A stretch of 64,000 bases of DNA from Octopus vulgaris (taxonomy: Eukaryota): assembly GCA_951406725.2 (NCBI GenBank), contig OX597830.1:47430001-47494000 (forward strand), given 5' to 3'. Below the pieces are notes generated by a model that was not told the DNA's origin, made no database searches, and saw only the letters and a program-made list of their open reading frames with translations. Positions 38,350 to 50,950 of this stretch are shown here, piece after piece; position 1 is the first letter of the stretch, and each line of letters opens with the position of its first letter. The position numbers and the translations under genes are program-made.

Positions 38350-38525
38350 AAAATCAGTTGATTAGATCGACTCCAGTACGCAACTAGTACTTAATTTATT
38401 GACCCCGAAAGGATGAAAGGCAAAGTCAGCCTCGGCGGAATTTGAACTTAGAATGTAAAGACAAACAAAATACTGCTACGCATTTCATCCAGTGTGCTGA
38501 CGTTTCTGCCAGCTTGCCGCCTTAG
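38350..38525 (-). mobile_element. SINE family D (also ~43610-43838, ~52120-52338, fragments ~9520-9650, ~27930-28050, ~39710-39800)
   Basis: Shared block gaccccgaaaggatgaaaggcaaagtc..cggcggaatttgaactcagaa..gccagctcgccgcct. Confidence 0.75.
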
Positions 38526-39801
38526 TTTAAGAAGAATATTGAGACAGAAAGAGGTGAAGACACATGGAATTGGTTCGTAAAAAGGGAAATCTTAAATAAA
38601 AGAGCCAGATTGATTTTAATCATGGCAGCTCAGGATCAAATCCTCTGGACAAATACTCCAAAATGTAGTATTTGTTTGAAGGAGAGGGTGGGGTTAAGAG
38701 CAGTTCTAAGATGGCCTGGAGAGAGAGAGAGCTAAAGATTCCAGCTAGAGTTATTGAAGTTAACTTTGCCCCAAAGAGCAAAGGGGTGGAGGAAATGCCC
38801 GAGGGAATGAGAAGTGAACGCCTGGGGGACAGTCACAGGAATGGACGGGAAATGATGCATTTGCTAATGGGTGGGTGGGGGGCTATCGACAGTTTACTGT
38901 GAACGTAACAGGAGTGTGCAAAAGAAGAGATATCATGGGCAATGTAGAGGTTCCTCAGAAAGTATTTAGGCGGTTCCAGCCGAAAAGAGGAGATCGGTGA
39001 GGTCAGTTAGAATGCCATCTGGAAATGTGTGTGTTTGTGATTTAATGAATACAGGAGTTGTAAGTGAACTACTTCGAGTATCATGCTTAGATAGTGCAGT
39101 GAGTGGATGGGCTCGTATTGCCGGATCTGATAATCATTCAGGGTCGAGTAATATGGCAACCTTTTGCAGAAATGTAAGAAAAAAAGAGAAATTACAAGAG
39201 AAACTGTTAAGAAAACTTTTCAGGGGAAGGGAGATAATTTTGTTCTTGGAATGTAGGTTATGTCCCTTTAAAGCCTCTGCTTCACCCCTGTGTGTTAGTC
39301 TTGCAGTTCATACTCAAGCATCGTTCGATTGACCTTTGACACTGACAGAGGTACCTAGGAATTCTGTAAACTTTCTCCGGCCAGTTCTAGCGACTATATT
39401 TTCATAACACCTCCATCCACTGATATATAAAAATATTAATATCAAATCCATCTTCCTGTTACTTAAATTATTATTATCATTATTATTATTATGATGGCCA
39501 ATAAAAACAATTTATTATTATTATTATTATTATTATTGTTATTATTATTATTATCATTATCATCATATATACATCCAATTCATGCAAACATGGAAAACGG
39601 ACGTCAAATGATGATGATGATATGTACACATACATACATACATACACACACACACTCAAATATGCATGATATATAATAAAATATGATATGATTTATAATA
39701 TATATACAAAATTAAATTAAGTACCAGTTGCGTACTAAGGTCGATCTAATTGACAGGCACCCCTCCTCAACAGTTTCAGGCCTTGTGCCTAATGTAGAAA
39801 A

Positions 39802-39841
<40 letters not shown>

Positions 39842-40250
39842 TCGAGGCTTTCTTCCAAGGAATCTAATGCGCTTGGCTTAGATTTCCCTTGGGGGCTGCC
39901 CAGATCGGAGCAATCTCAAGATTAATCAGCCGAAATTGCGAAGATGATCCGGTTCTTGACTGATGATTGAGGGCTTCGAATGACCCGTCCGTGTTTTTTG
40001 TGTTGTCTTCTAAATGTTTTCCGTTCTTGTCCCAGTTTGTATATATTTTTTTACTTTTACATATATATATATACAAAATAATATAAAATATATATGGTGT
40101 ATTCATCATCGTTTTATTTACGTTATTCAATTCAAGGAGAATTGAAGCATGTCTTTGACAGTTCCGGAGCGTTCTGAACTTATTTTATGCGTTACTTTTA
40201 ACCCTATCTGTCCGTCTATCTATCTGTCTGTCTGTCTGTCTTTCTGTCTG

Positions 40251-40850
40251 TACAGAGTGCGGTGAATAAATTGTCGTCTAAATTAAGCAAAAATGAAAAT
40301 AACTCTGACATCTCATTTTAACAGACATATTTACCAAAATTACATTAAAATATTTTGAGATACTGAAGAGTAAATTTGTTCAATAAAATCGCCATTGGTT
40401 TCAACCACAGCCTCCAGATGACCTTGGAATCTCCTTCTGGATGGTCTCCTTGTTTAAGTTGGTGAATGTTGCCATAATCCTTGCCTTCAATTCATCTTTG
40501 GGGTTGCAAGGAGTTTTCTTGGTCACACATAACAATCAAAGGGGTTGCAGTCTGGGGAGTTAAGTGGCGAGATGTTAGGGGTGATGTGGTCGCAGAAATT
40601 GTGTGACACCCATGACTGGGTTCTCCTGCTTGTGTGACATGGCGCAGAGTCCTGCTGTCAGACATAGAGCCTCCCAGCAGCCACCCTCTTGACCCAGGGC
40701 AGCACTATCCCTTCCAGGTACTTCATGTAAGCCTCCGTGTTTTGTCTGAGGTCGTGTGGGAACATGAATGGGGACATAACATCGTCATCACTAGTGATCA
40801 CTCCAAACACCATCACGTTGACTGGATGTTTTGATTTTTATCACTCTCGG
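40251..40850 (-). mobile_element. Tc1/mariner-superfamily DD37D (maT) transposon, 3' part with TIR
   Basis: KHPVNVMVFGVITSD..QQDSAPCHTSRRTQSWVSHNFCDHITPNISPLNSPDCNPFD, with 37 residues between the two Asp. Terminus TA|CAGAGTGCGGTGAATAAA at 40251. Confidence 0.85.
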
Positions 40851-41491
40851 TACAGTGGTGGCTCATAGATAAGATTAGTTGTGGTGCTGCTTCAGAAAAT
40901 TTTTAGCCATTGTTTTGGGGTAAAAGGAAACAAACATATAAAAAAAATATTTATATATAAATTTGATCAGTTTGCGTTTTAGCCTCTGCTGGTTAGTGTT
41001 TAATTTGTTCATTGAACACTGCCACAAATTCCCCCTTGTTTTTCAAAAAACCCTAAATCACAAAATAAGGTGGGGAGATCTGCCCTATTTTTCAAATCCT
41101 GGCAGCAACACTGCAGCCGGAAGCAGGATAATAAGCTAAATCTTCACTTTATCACATTCAAGACAATAAAACACGTTTTTAAGCACAACATATGCAGAGT
41201 GAAAAAGACTCATTACCTTTCATTAACACACCAGGGTTGGCACTGCGTGAATGACAGTGCTCACTCTCCCTAGCATGAAGCTTCCTATCTCAGACATGTG
41301 AGCTTGAGCACAACAACCAAACACTGCGTCGCTGGAACTGTGTAGCATACAGTTCTATACAAGGATTTTTGTATTGTTTTTCATAAACTAAGGGATGGCT
41401 ACTGACATTAAGCTTAAGGATTATATGATGTACAAGTATAAAGAAAGAATTAAAGTAAAAAGGACTCATTATATTGGATGTTATCGATGAT

Positions 41492-41823
41492 ATTATTTAC
41501 ATTATTTACATTTGATGAATATTTGTCCTCACCTTGATTGTTGCTAACACAACATTTTAGCTGATATATACTCCAGCCTTCATCAGGTGTCTTGAGGAAA
41601 TTTTGAATGTGGATTCTCATTCCTAAGGTATTTTTCGATGTTATTGTTCTTATTATTATTCAGGTCACTGCCTGGAATTGAACTTGGAATCTTGGGGTTA
41701 GTAACTCGCACTCTTATCCACTATGCCATATGCCCATGGTGTAGTGGTTAAGAGTGTGGGCTACTAATCCCAAGACTCCGAGTTCGATTCCAGGCAGTGA
41801 CATGAATAATAATAATAATAATG

Positions 41824-41883
<60 letters not shown>

Positions 41884-42056
41884 TCGAAAAATACCTTAGG
41901 AATGAGAACCCAGGTTCAAAATTTCCCCAAGACACCTGAAGAAGGCTGGAGGGTATATCAGCTGAAACATTGTGTTAACAACAAACAAGATGAGGACAAA
42001 TATCCATCAAATGTAAATAATGTACATAATTTCTCATCTGTTATATATAGAACTGT
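41492..42056. mobile_element. Palindromic (head-to-head) tRNA-head/hammerhead element, copy 2
   Basis: Arms are reverse complements around ~41735. Right arm: TGGTGTAGTGGTTAAG (A box), GAGTTCGATTCC (B box), (AAT)n, gacac-CTGAAGA-a-ggctg..cagct-GAAA-catt-gtgtt. Confidence 0.85.
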
Positions 42057-42549
42057 GTTGTCGATTATATCGAATGGAAATAGGGGGTGCTCCAGTTCTG
42101 CAGTGCTTATATACAAGCTGCCCCTGTAGAGAATAAGGCCTTATGGGATGCAATGTAGGAGTTTCTCCCTCTGTTTGGTTCTTTTCCCTGTTAAAATACT
42201 TTAAACCAATCAAACTCTTTCTACTTTCACTTTGAGTATTTTGATGTCGTTGCTGAGGATTTCCAGCCTCAAGTTCAAGGGACGGTTCCTGACATAGAAA
42301 TAATAGATGCAAATAAAATCTACAATGTAGCCCTCATTGAGGAGCCCAAGAAGATATAAAGAGTCAAGGACTTCAAAACTACAGCCTTCCTTCCTCAATC
42401 TAACTGCATTAAAATCAATAATCTAATAAACCGAAATATGGATGCCTTGTATAATGTTGACAAATGATGGATGGCAAAAAAAAAATGAACTGAAACTCAT
42501 TAAAGATGAGCAGGAAGTCTTTTCTAATATTTTTGACTTGGTTTAACAA

Positions 42550-43400
42550 CAAGAAACTGAAATTTGTTTCCTTGATATTTATAATGGATTGGAAGAAACC
42601 ATTCCTAATCAGTCTATTGCTGGCCAAAGTCTCTCAACAGAAAGACATATCATAGGTGTTCCCTCAGGTATTACTGCTACAATTTTTCCCCTACTCTTCA
42701 GGGGACATAGAATAATTTCTGCCTTCATTCGACCCTTTGACTTGGGTACAGATTTTGCACTTGTTTATAACATGATAACTCTTTTAGGCGCTAATCATGT
42801 CTACAGATTCACAGATTCTTCTGTGGATGAACAAGAAATTGGTTATTATTCCTGGAAATAGTTTTAGCTCCACATAAGCTTCAGCAGAAATAAAGAATCT
42901 CCAATTATGATGCTGTTTAATTTAGATCAACCATAGCAATGGACACAAATGCACGAGGCTAATGGCTTCGATGCTCCTGCTACCCCATATCATTGAGAGT
43001 TCTAGTCTTCATGGGTGCCCTGAATCTGGGGATACATTATGCCTAGAATTATGATCATACCAAAAGATGTGCCCAGGCTTTGCAAAGTCAGTCAGTAAAT
43101 CCCAAAAGCAAACATTAACTGTTAATTACTGTTAATTGCATCAGGGTGAATATGGTTTTGCTAATGGTTAATTTCATGCAGGATGCTTAAGACGACCTCT
43201 GTATGCTCCTCTTAGTAAAACCAAGAACTTTGAATTTCCTGAGAAGCTGACATGGCAATGTTCCATATTTTCAAGGCTACAATATGTACAGATCTAATAT
43301 CATACAAGATGGAACTCACTGCAACTCTTAATATCATTTCTGTCATTGCATATCTTAAACGTCCAATGAATAGGTTTTATCTGGCCTCATCAATTTCACC
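42550..43400 (+). mobile_element. Possible very old L1/Tx1-like RT relic
   Basis: Weak motifs ITLLGAN (cf. RPITLLN) and FNLDQ (cf. INLDQSKAFD). Confidence 0.25.
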
Positions 43401-43899
43401 CCACCCAATTTTAAGAATGATTTTATTACTATAAGTGGTTCACTTCCTGACACTTTGATGTCCTACAAAATTTGCAAAATGTTTTTTAAGCATTAACGGT
43501 TGTCAAAAATAACAGATAATAACAAATAAATAAAACTGTTTTCACATTTATTTACGTTTGAATAAGATATATGTCATATTTACAATTAAATATACAAAAT
43601 ATATTGTTAATAATCTTTTCTACTCTAGGCACAAGGCTTGAAATTTTGAGAGAGTGGTGGGGGGGGGGGCAGTCGATTAGATTGATCTCAGTAAAAACTG
43701 GTAATTAATTTATTAACCCTGAAAGGATGAAAGGCAAAGTCTACCTTGGTGGAATTTGAAATCAGAATGTAAAGACAGACGAAATACTGCTAAGCATTTC
43801 TCCTGGCATGCTAACGTTTCGGTCAACTTGCCGCCTTAATATATTGTTAATATTGAGAGCATAACACTAATGGGGAGGTGAGGGACCTCATCACAGGTA

Positions 43900-44262
43900 G
43901 ATGGTACCTGTTATTGGTATCATGTGAACCAGTATGCCTGTTCCATGGTCGAGTGGTCAGTGACTAAACCAGCTCCCCACCCCATCTCGCCCCACTCGAG
44001 TTTCTTGTTACTTTTGTGAGGAGGGTTCCTTGGACATCCAGAGGGGCTAAAAGGAAGACCTGTCAAAAGGTGGACAAGCTCCTCGTGAGCCCACAGCCAT
44101 CCATTTGGGGGGAAGGGCAATGGCAAACCACACCAATATCTCTGCTAAGAATTTGCTTAGAAAGTCAGAACAAGGAAATGCTATGGTTTCATCTGATGGT
44201 AGAACTTTTGTCACAGGTTCGTCAGCATGCTGCCAAAAGTGTATGACATTTAATGATGACAA
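43900..44262 (+). mobile_element. RTE-related non-autonomous element (5'UTR-like)
   Basis: ggaagggcaatggcaaaccacacc motif resembling RTE 5' regions; ends taatgatgac. Confidence 0.4.
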
Positions 44263-45195
44263 CGACAATGTGTAACACCGGCAGTCCAAACAGACGAGGC
44301 CTTGCCCTGCTATGAACAGATTAGAAGTCAGCCTCGGTTTCTTACATGCAAGACAACTCCAAGAGAAACCGAAGAGTCGTTCCAAGAAACCAAATATATT
44401 TAATATAGACTTTCATGAAGAACAATTCTGGGACATTTAGAGCTGCTTCTCAGCCTGGACAACACGGAGTATTCTGCACACACACACACACACACACACA
44501 CATCAATCGACAACACTCTCACGTCATCACTAATACCATTTTCATTACAATTACCACCATAACTACTACTACTATTACAAGAACAACAAAAACAACACTA
44601 ATTATCGTCACTGATATCACCTTCATTACAATTATTACGACCACTGCAAGCCACAATTACTATTCAGCACAATCACCATCATTACCATTATAATTATTAT
44701 TATTATTATTATTATTATCCTCCCCCCCCCCCCCGGCGCCACCGCCGCTGCCACCGACCTCTGCCAACCACTCAGGACATCGGCAAAAACGATGCCAGTT
44801 TCCTGCTTGTTTTCAATCCTCGACTAATATCATTCGGATAACAGCTGTCGGTGCCAGTCCTAGATTTCTAAGTGTTGCGAAAGGAGAGACGGAGAAGGGG
44901 AGAGAGAAGGAGAAGGGAGAAGGAAGAAGGAAGAAGGAGGGGGAGAGGAAGAAGAAGAAGAAGAAGAAGAAGAAGAAGAAGAAGAAGAAGAAGAAGAAGA
45001 AGACGAGGAGAAGGAGGAGGAGGAAGAGGGCTAGGAGGAAGAAGAAAACAAAAAAGAGAGAAATAGAAATTCTGTCTCCAAGTCTTGAGAGTAAATAAAA
45101 CAGGAAACAATATATTCTCCCCTGTTGCATCAATGGTTCCCCCCCCCCCCCCCTCATGCTCGAAACAAGTGGGGTGACAGTTTAATCCATACACA

Positions 45196-45630
<435 letters not shown>

Positions 45631-45749
45631 GTGTAAGAGTAGTACCCATGGAGATTCCAGAACCTCTCTGTCGGCAACGATATTCTGTGATAATGCATCA
45701 ATGAGTCTCGTTGCTTGCTTCGAAGTCTTGCATTGATTTAGTACATAAA

Positions 45750-45880
45750 TATACAGTGATATCTCGCGGTAAGAGTTTAGTTCGTTCCATGACTGAGCTT
45801 GTCTAACGATTTACTAGTTTTACAAATTAATTTTCCCCGTTGAAATTAACTAAAATATAAGTAATCGTTCCAGCCCCACA
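45750..45880 (+). mobile_element. Tigger/pogo-like element left end
   Basis: TA|CAGTGATATCTCG..gttcgttccatgac..aattttccccgttgaaat..cgttccagcccc. Confidence 0.5.
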
Positions 45881-45888
45881 AAACCACT

Positions 45889-46813
45889 TGCAGAACGACC
45901 GTGCGAAGGAGAGGTGACGAGAATGGCTCCTTTAGTCGATACAATAAATGCGAAAAGTATGAATGAGTACAAATGCCAGAAGGAAAAGAGAGACACAGCC
46001 AGTAGAATGTTTAAGAGAAAGATTTCTTTATTTATGTGTTAACATGTGTGTGTCTGCGTCATAAATACATATATAATCATAACAATAGACAGGCCGTCAT
46101 GTATACATAATGTATATGTGCCTGCATAAAATACAGAGTATTGAAAGAGTCTATAATAGGACGTTCAGACACAATGATAAATACCAGTTCGTAGTAAAGG
46201 TACACGATAGCTGAAGTGCTGTAACAATAAGTTGTGACTACAATGCAGAGCCAGTTGAGGCACGTGGAAGTGGTGGCTACAATGCAGAGTCGGTTACTTG
46301 GTACAGGAGTTCTCCCAGGTTGTATTTGCTGTTAGCCATGGTGAAGTATTTCACAAACAGTGAGGAGATAGAAACCTGTGCAAGGGTTGCTGGTTGCAGT
46401 GTACGTAGAGAGATGTTGACGACGTTAAGAGGAAGGCGACAGAGATGGAGGTCCTGAATGCTGCTGGACGAAGTTGAGTCTCCATGTAGCTGCTGTTGTG
46501 TTGTCGCTGGAACTGGCTGTGACCTGTGTGGTCAATGGTTAGACCTTAGAAGGTCTGGAACCGAAAGACGAAAGACGGTGTTGAAGATAACATTCTATAG
46601 TAAACAGACGGCGCAAACTAAGGTTTAGAAGAGACTGTCTTACGTGTTGCTATCAGAAGGCTGCGATTGGTTGAATTGCATATTGGCGAGTAACAGGGCA
46701 AGAGACAAAAGTGCGCCAATACCAATCAATCAGAGTAGTGGACGCAACAAGGTCCAAACGGGCGGCCGAAGGCTAGCTGTTATCTACTACGTCCGTACTT
46801 ATGTATATATAAC

Positions 46814-46887
<74 letters not shown>

Positions 46888-46894
46888 CGCTACA
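45889..46894 (-). mobile_element. Probable solo LTR (~1 kb)
   Basis: TG...CA ends with imperfect inverted termini (TGCAGAACGAC / GTCCGCTACA), flanks cact/ctct, clustered CCAAT boxes at 46665-46730, AATAAA on - strand near 46030. Confidence 0.5.
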
Positions 46895-47059
46895 CTCTTA
46901 AAAATAATTTTTTATGGGTTTTAAAACAGAAAAGGTGAAGTTGCAAGGAAATGACAACTATAAAATAGAGAATGCAAAAGAAATATGTAAACTGGTTTTA
47001 TTAACTGAATTACCTTAAAGATGGGACGATTTGTTTTGCTCGTGCTGTGGATTTCCGCT

Positions 47060-47844
47060 ATGACAGAGCCACAGACATTTCCGTTGCGCAACAGTACACA
47101 TTTTAAACTACGCTTAGAGCCGCCTATGAAAAGACGCCATTCCTCTGGTTTGTATTCCATCAATGCCAAGTTTATTAAGAAACCCACTGACATCTCTACA
47201 GTAAACCAGCTCTTCCTCTTTTGCGAAGAAAGAAAGGAACTCTTCACGCCGACTCCGATAAAAGGTTATACGGACACCATTCTCTAGAAGATTCTTCTCT
47301 TTCAGTTAAGAAGCCAACAGTTCTGTAGAATTTCTGGGGTGGTTCAAGTCACGAACTAGATCATTCAGCTCTACCTGGGAGAATAGCTGAGGTAAAGTCT
47401 AAACTGAAAAGTCTTGATCTCTAGTGTCATCTTCAGGCGAGGAACCTTCTTTGGTTGGGGGTAAAGTTATCTGAGGCAAGACATTGAAGACAGGAACAGG
47501 AAGCTCTTCACTGAGTGGAACCGGTTTAATAGCAGAGGCAAGATTAGGATAGACAAGCGTTTGTCGATTTTTCCGGTTAATACCCTTCAAATTTAGGTTA
47601 CAAAAATAACAGTCGTCCACGTGATTATAGGGCTCCCGCCATACCATTGGTATAGCAAACTTCATACTTTTCCTTGTCCTTTTCGTCCATTGTTGCAAAT
47701 GTTCCGTACATTGTTTGCAGACACAATACGGTACTCAATATTTATCTTGGTCTCCTAGCTTGGTTATGTGTATTCTCCACAAACATAACAAAGCATATTT
47801 GGAGAATTAACGCAACACTTTCTTGAAGCGGACAGCTTGCTCAT
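47060..47844 (-). mobile_element. Chapaev(3)-like (CMC superfamily) transposase relic
   Basis: CVNSPNMLCYVCGE..KLGDQDK..CKQC..LQQW..MKFAIPMVWREPYNHVDDCYFC..YPNLASAIKPVP..EWRLFIGGSKRSLKCVLL, with stops and deletions. Family assignment from recalled motifs. Confidence 0.65.
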
Positions 47845-47955
47845 TTTCTATTGCTTCGTTCACCACAAAATCTAAAAAGTATGGAAAAAGAAAAAAAAAC
47901 AACTTAGAATTAGAATAATGTAACGAACACTAACGTACTGGACATACACACATAC

Positions 47956-48144
47956 ATCATCATCATCATTGTTCGACCGTGGTCGAGACAATGGAATTTA
48001 CCATGCTACGCCACGGTCCATCATGGCATTACGGAGGTCCTGTTGCTGGATGCCTGTATCCCTGGAGATTACATCAGGGTAGGAGAGTATGCGCCCTCTG
48101 GTATTGCGAGTAGACGGCTTCCAGAGGAGAAGAGTAGAAATTAC
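47956..48144 (-). mobile_element. RTE-X-like LINE 3' end
   Basis: LLLWKPSTRNTRGRILSYPDVISRDTG..DLRNAMMDR, followed by a (GAT)n tail. Confidence 0.65.
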
Positions 48145-48546
48145 ATACACAGTGACTATAGGGATGTTCAATAACTTATAAACTAGATCTGATGGGTCAA
48201 AAAGAAGGTCATATTTGGATTCAGGAGACCGATCTTTTATAGAATTGATGTCCATTTCCTAAACACTAAAAGCCTTGTAGACCAATGTTATCAAAGTGCA
48301 TTGGAGAAGTCAACTTTTATGTTGGTCACTGCTTTTCCACTCACGGAAAGGCCTGCTGTAGGTCTTTGTTAACTATGATCCTTAAAAATTGACAAACTGA
48401 ATATATCTACAGCATCAAAAGTAATAATTGGATGAGACTTCGAAGAGATAAAGTTTAAACCGAAAGCTGTCGCAAAAACAAGCAAACTGATGGTGTATAG
48501 ATTGAAATGAGTGAATCGCCGTAAAAGTATATCTTTATATAATTAA

Positions 48547-49058
48547 CTAGCAGTATCGCCCGGCGTTGCTCGGGTTTGTAAGGGAAATAACTATATAAGC
48601 ATTTTTAGAGAGTTACTTCCCTTATAGATGCCAATTCGGGCTTTCTTAGCCATTTCTGTTTTGGTGTCTTCAAACCATAAAGTCGTTGTTCTAAAAGAAC
48701 GCTGGTCTCCTTGACAACGCTTTACGACGTTGATTTCCTTACACTCCCTTCCCCACAGCTTCACGAGGGAGGGAAGAAGGGGAGAAGCAAACAGGTGCAG
48801 GTGTGACCATGGACGCCAACTCCGCCGCCATCGACACACGAAAAATTATGCATTAAAATGGAATAAAAAATGATGTTAAATTATTTTAAAAATCGTAGAC
48901 TCATCGTAGACGCGCGCTAATACTCAGACGGGCTCGATATGAATCACGCCTATAAGATACCCGAATTTGGTTAAACTGCACCGCAAAATGTGGGAGTAGT
49001 TAGGAATCTAAATCGAAGGGGACAGACACTCACACAACTACAGTTTTATATATATAGA
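48547..49058 (-). mobile_element. Complete 512-bp non-autonomous Helitron
   Basis: Minus strand starts 5'-TCTATATATATAAAA and ends CCCGAGCAACGCCGGG hairpin + CTAG-3'; inserted between A and T, no TSD. Confidence 0.85.
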
Positions 49059-49099
49059 TATTTCAGTTAACTGTATGCCCCATCTACAATTAAAAACAA

Positions 49100-49520
49100 A
49101 ACATCTCTGGCTTGGATGAACAAATCTGGCCTCTGTGAACAAATATATCTGGATTGGATAAACAAATTTAACATGGATAAACAAATCTGGAATGGATCAA
49201 TAAATCTGATCTGGATAAAACAACAGAAACCAAGATACTGATGCATCGGAGCAAGTCATCGGGTTAGATTTATTCAAATGAATATACACAACTGCTACAA
49301 TCTTGATGTTGTCTATTTTCTGTGCACCAGAAGATACCATATTGTGTCAGGATGTCCTCCTCTAGCTCCAACGCAACATAATCAGGCGCACAGAAGCTCG
49401 GATTCGCCTAACCACCCAGTTCCAACTGTCTCAGAAAACGATAATGCTAAAATAATATGGAGCTTTATTCAACATAAATATCATTAGATATCACGAGAGA
49501 AGCCGGATATAATTTTCCAT
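49100..49520 (+). mobile_element. R4/Dong-type LINE relic (zinc-knuckle/REL region)
   Basis: HIVSGCPPLAPTQHNQ..VSENDNAKIIW resembles HIVSGCxxLA..RHD..ENxxxKILWD. Confidence 0.55.
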
Positions 49521-49945
49521 TTCTGAAAAAGAAAAATAGAGTGGTATTACCATCATAGTTACTAGATTATCACCATGGTAACTGAATTATCAACATAGTA
49601 ATAGAAAATGACTGTAACGTTGTGCCGAAGCGAGCCGAAAATTTACAGAATTACATCGACCTAATTAAATTAATCATATAATACGGTTAAGGAATGTGAC
49701 AATTGTACCGACTGGCACAGTTGGAATGGTAGATATTCATTTCTGTAAAATGCAGTGAGTGATTGTCTAAGCACGTCCTGGAACATAGAAATTCCAGGAT
49801 CTCTAAATATTGGTTGGGCTCTTGATACAGTCGCCAGAGTGTTAAAAGGGGCAGGTGGCAGAGCAATGGACTTAAACAATGGACTTAATCAAGATCTCAA
49901 GATCAGCAACAACAAAATCCTCACAATCATAACTCTGAATGCTGG

Positions 49946-50141
<196 letters not shown>

Positions 50142-50950
50142 ATGCCCTGATGCAGTACCAGGCAGTGGCTCTCATGGCTTCTGATCTTAACTGATTGGAA
50201 GTGTTATCATGTACATTGTTTTGTCTTGGTATAAAAGATGGGCTACAGCAAATATTCTGCTCAATACCACAGATTTGCTTGTCAGTTGTTTGACTTTAAC
50301 CAGTTGAGCATGTCCCTTATTGGCTGACGATATGTGCATATCTGATCACGAGCAGAAGTAGTGGGGGAGCATCATAGCCATGTGTTGAGAGGGATTCTTT
50401 GGGATTTGAATAATTCACCTCTGGAAACATGGATGTTTCGTTCAACATCCTTAAACAACCCTTATTCAGGGACCTTTCGAGTGGGATGGGTTACTCGACC
50501 TGAAGAAAATTCTAACTGGGCCCCACCTGCAAGGTCATGTGCTGTTTATTTTGATATGAGATCACAATGTCGCGCACATATGGTTGTGATGCATGTGCCT
50601 GGTGTACCCTTATCAGACGGGTAGTCATGATGGGTATATTGGGATTCGTATATTTTACCCCAGTGTCACTTTGATGGCATGCACTGCTTTCTCACTCAAT
50701 AATGATAATAGACCTTTTGAGCGGGATGGGCTAATCAACCTGAAGAAAATTCTAACTGGACCCCTCCTGCAAGGTCATGTGCTGTTTATCTTGATATGAG
50801 ATCACCATGTCGCGCACATATGGTTGTGATGCATGTGCCTGGTGTACCTTTATCAGACGGGTAGTCATGATGGGTATATTGGGCTTCGTATATTTTACCC
50901 CAGTGTCACTTTGATAGCATGAACTGCTCTCTCACTCAATAATAATAATA
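50142..50950 (+). mobile_element. Non-coding retroelement-like repeat flanked by (AAT)n, with its last 240 bp tandemly duplicated
   Basis: Units 50471-50710 and 50711-50950, each ending ctctcactcaataat. Confidence 0.6.

Noticed and set aside
38540-39350. Possible LINE ORF1 or exon
   Set aside because: No motif I could recognise; left unassigned.
41730-41800. Genuine tRNA gene (also SINE heads at 14678, 26366, 34942, 58598)
   Set aside because: No proper acceptor stem, and each continues into a repeat body; these are SINE-type heads.
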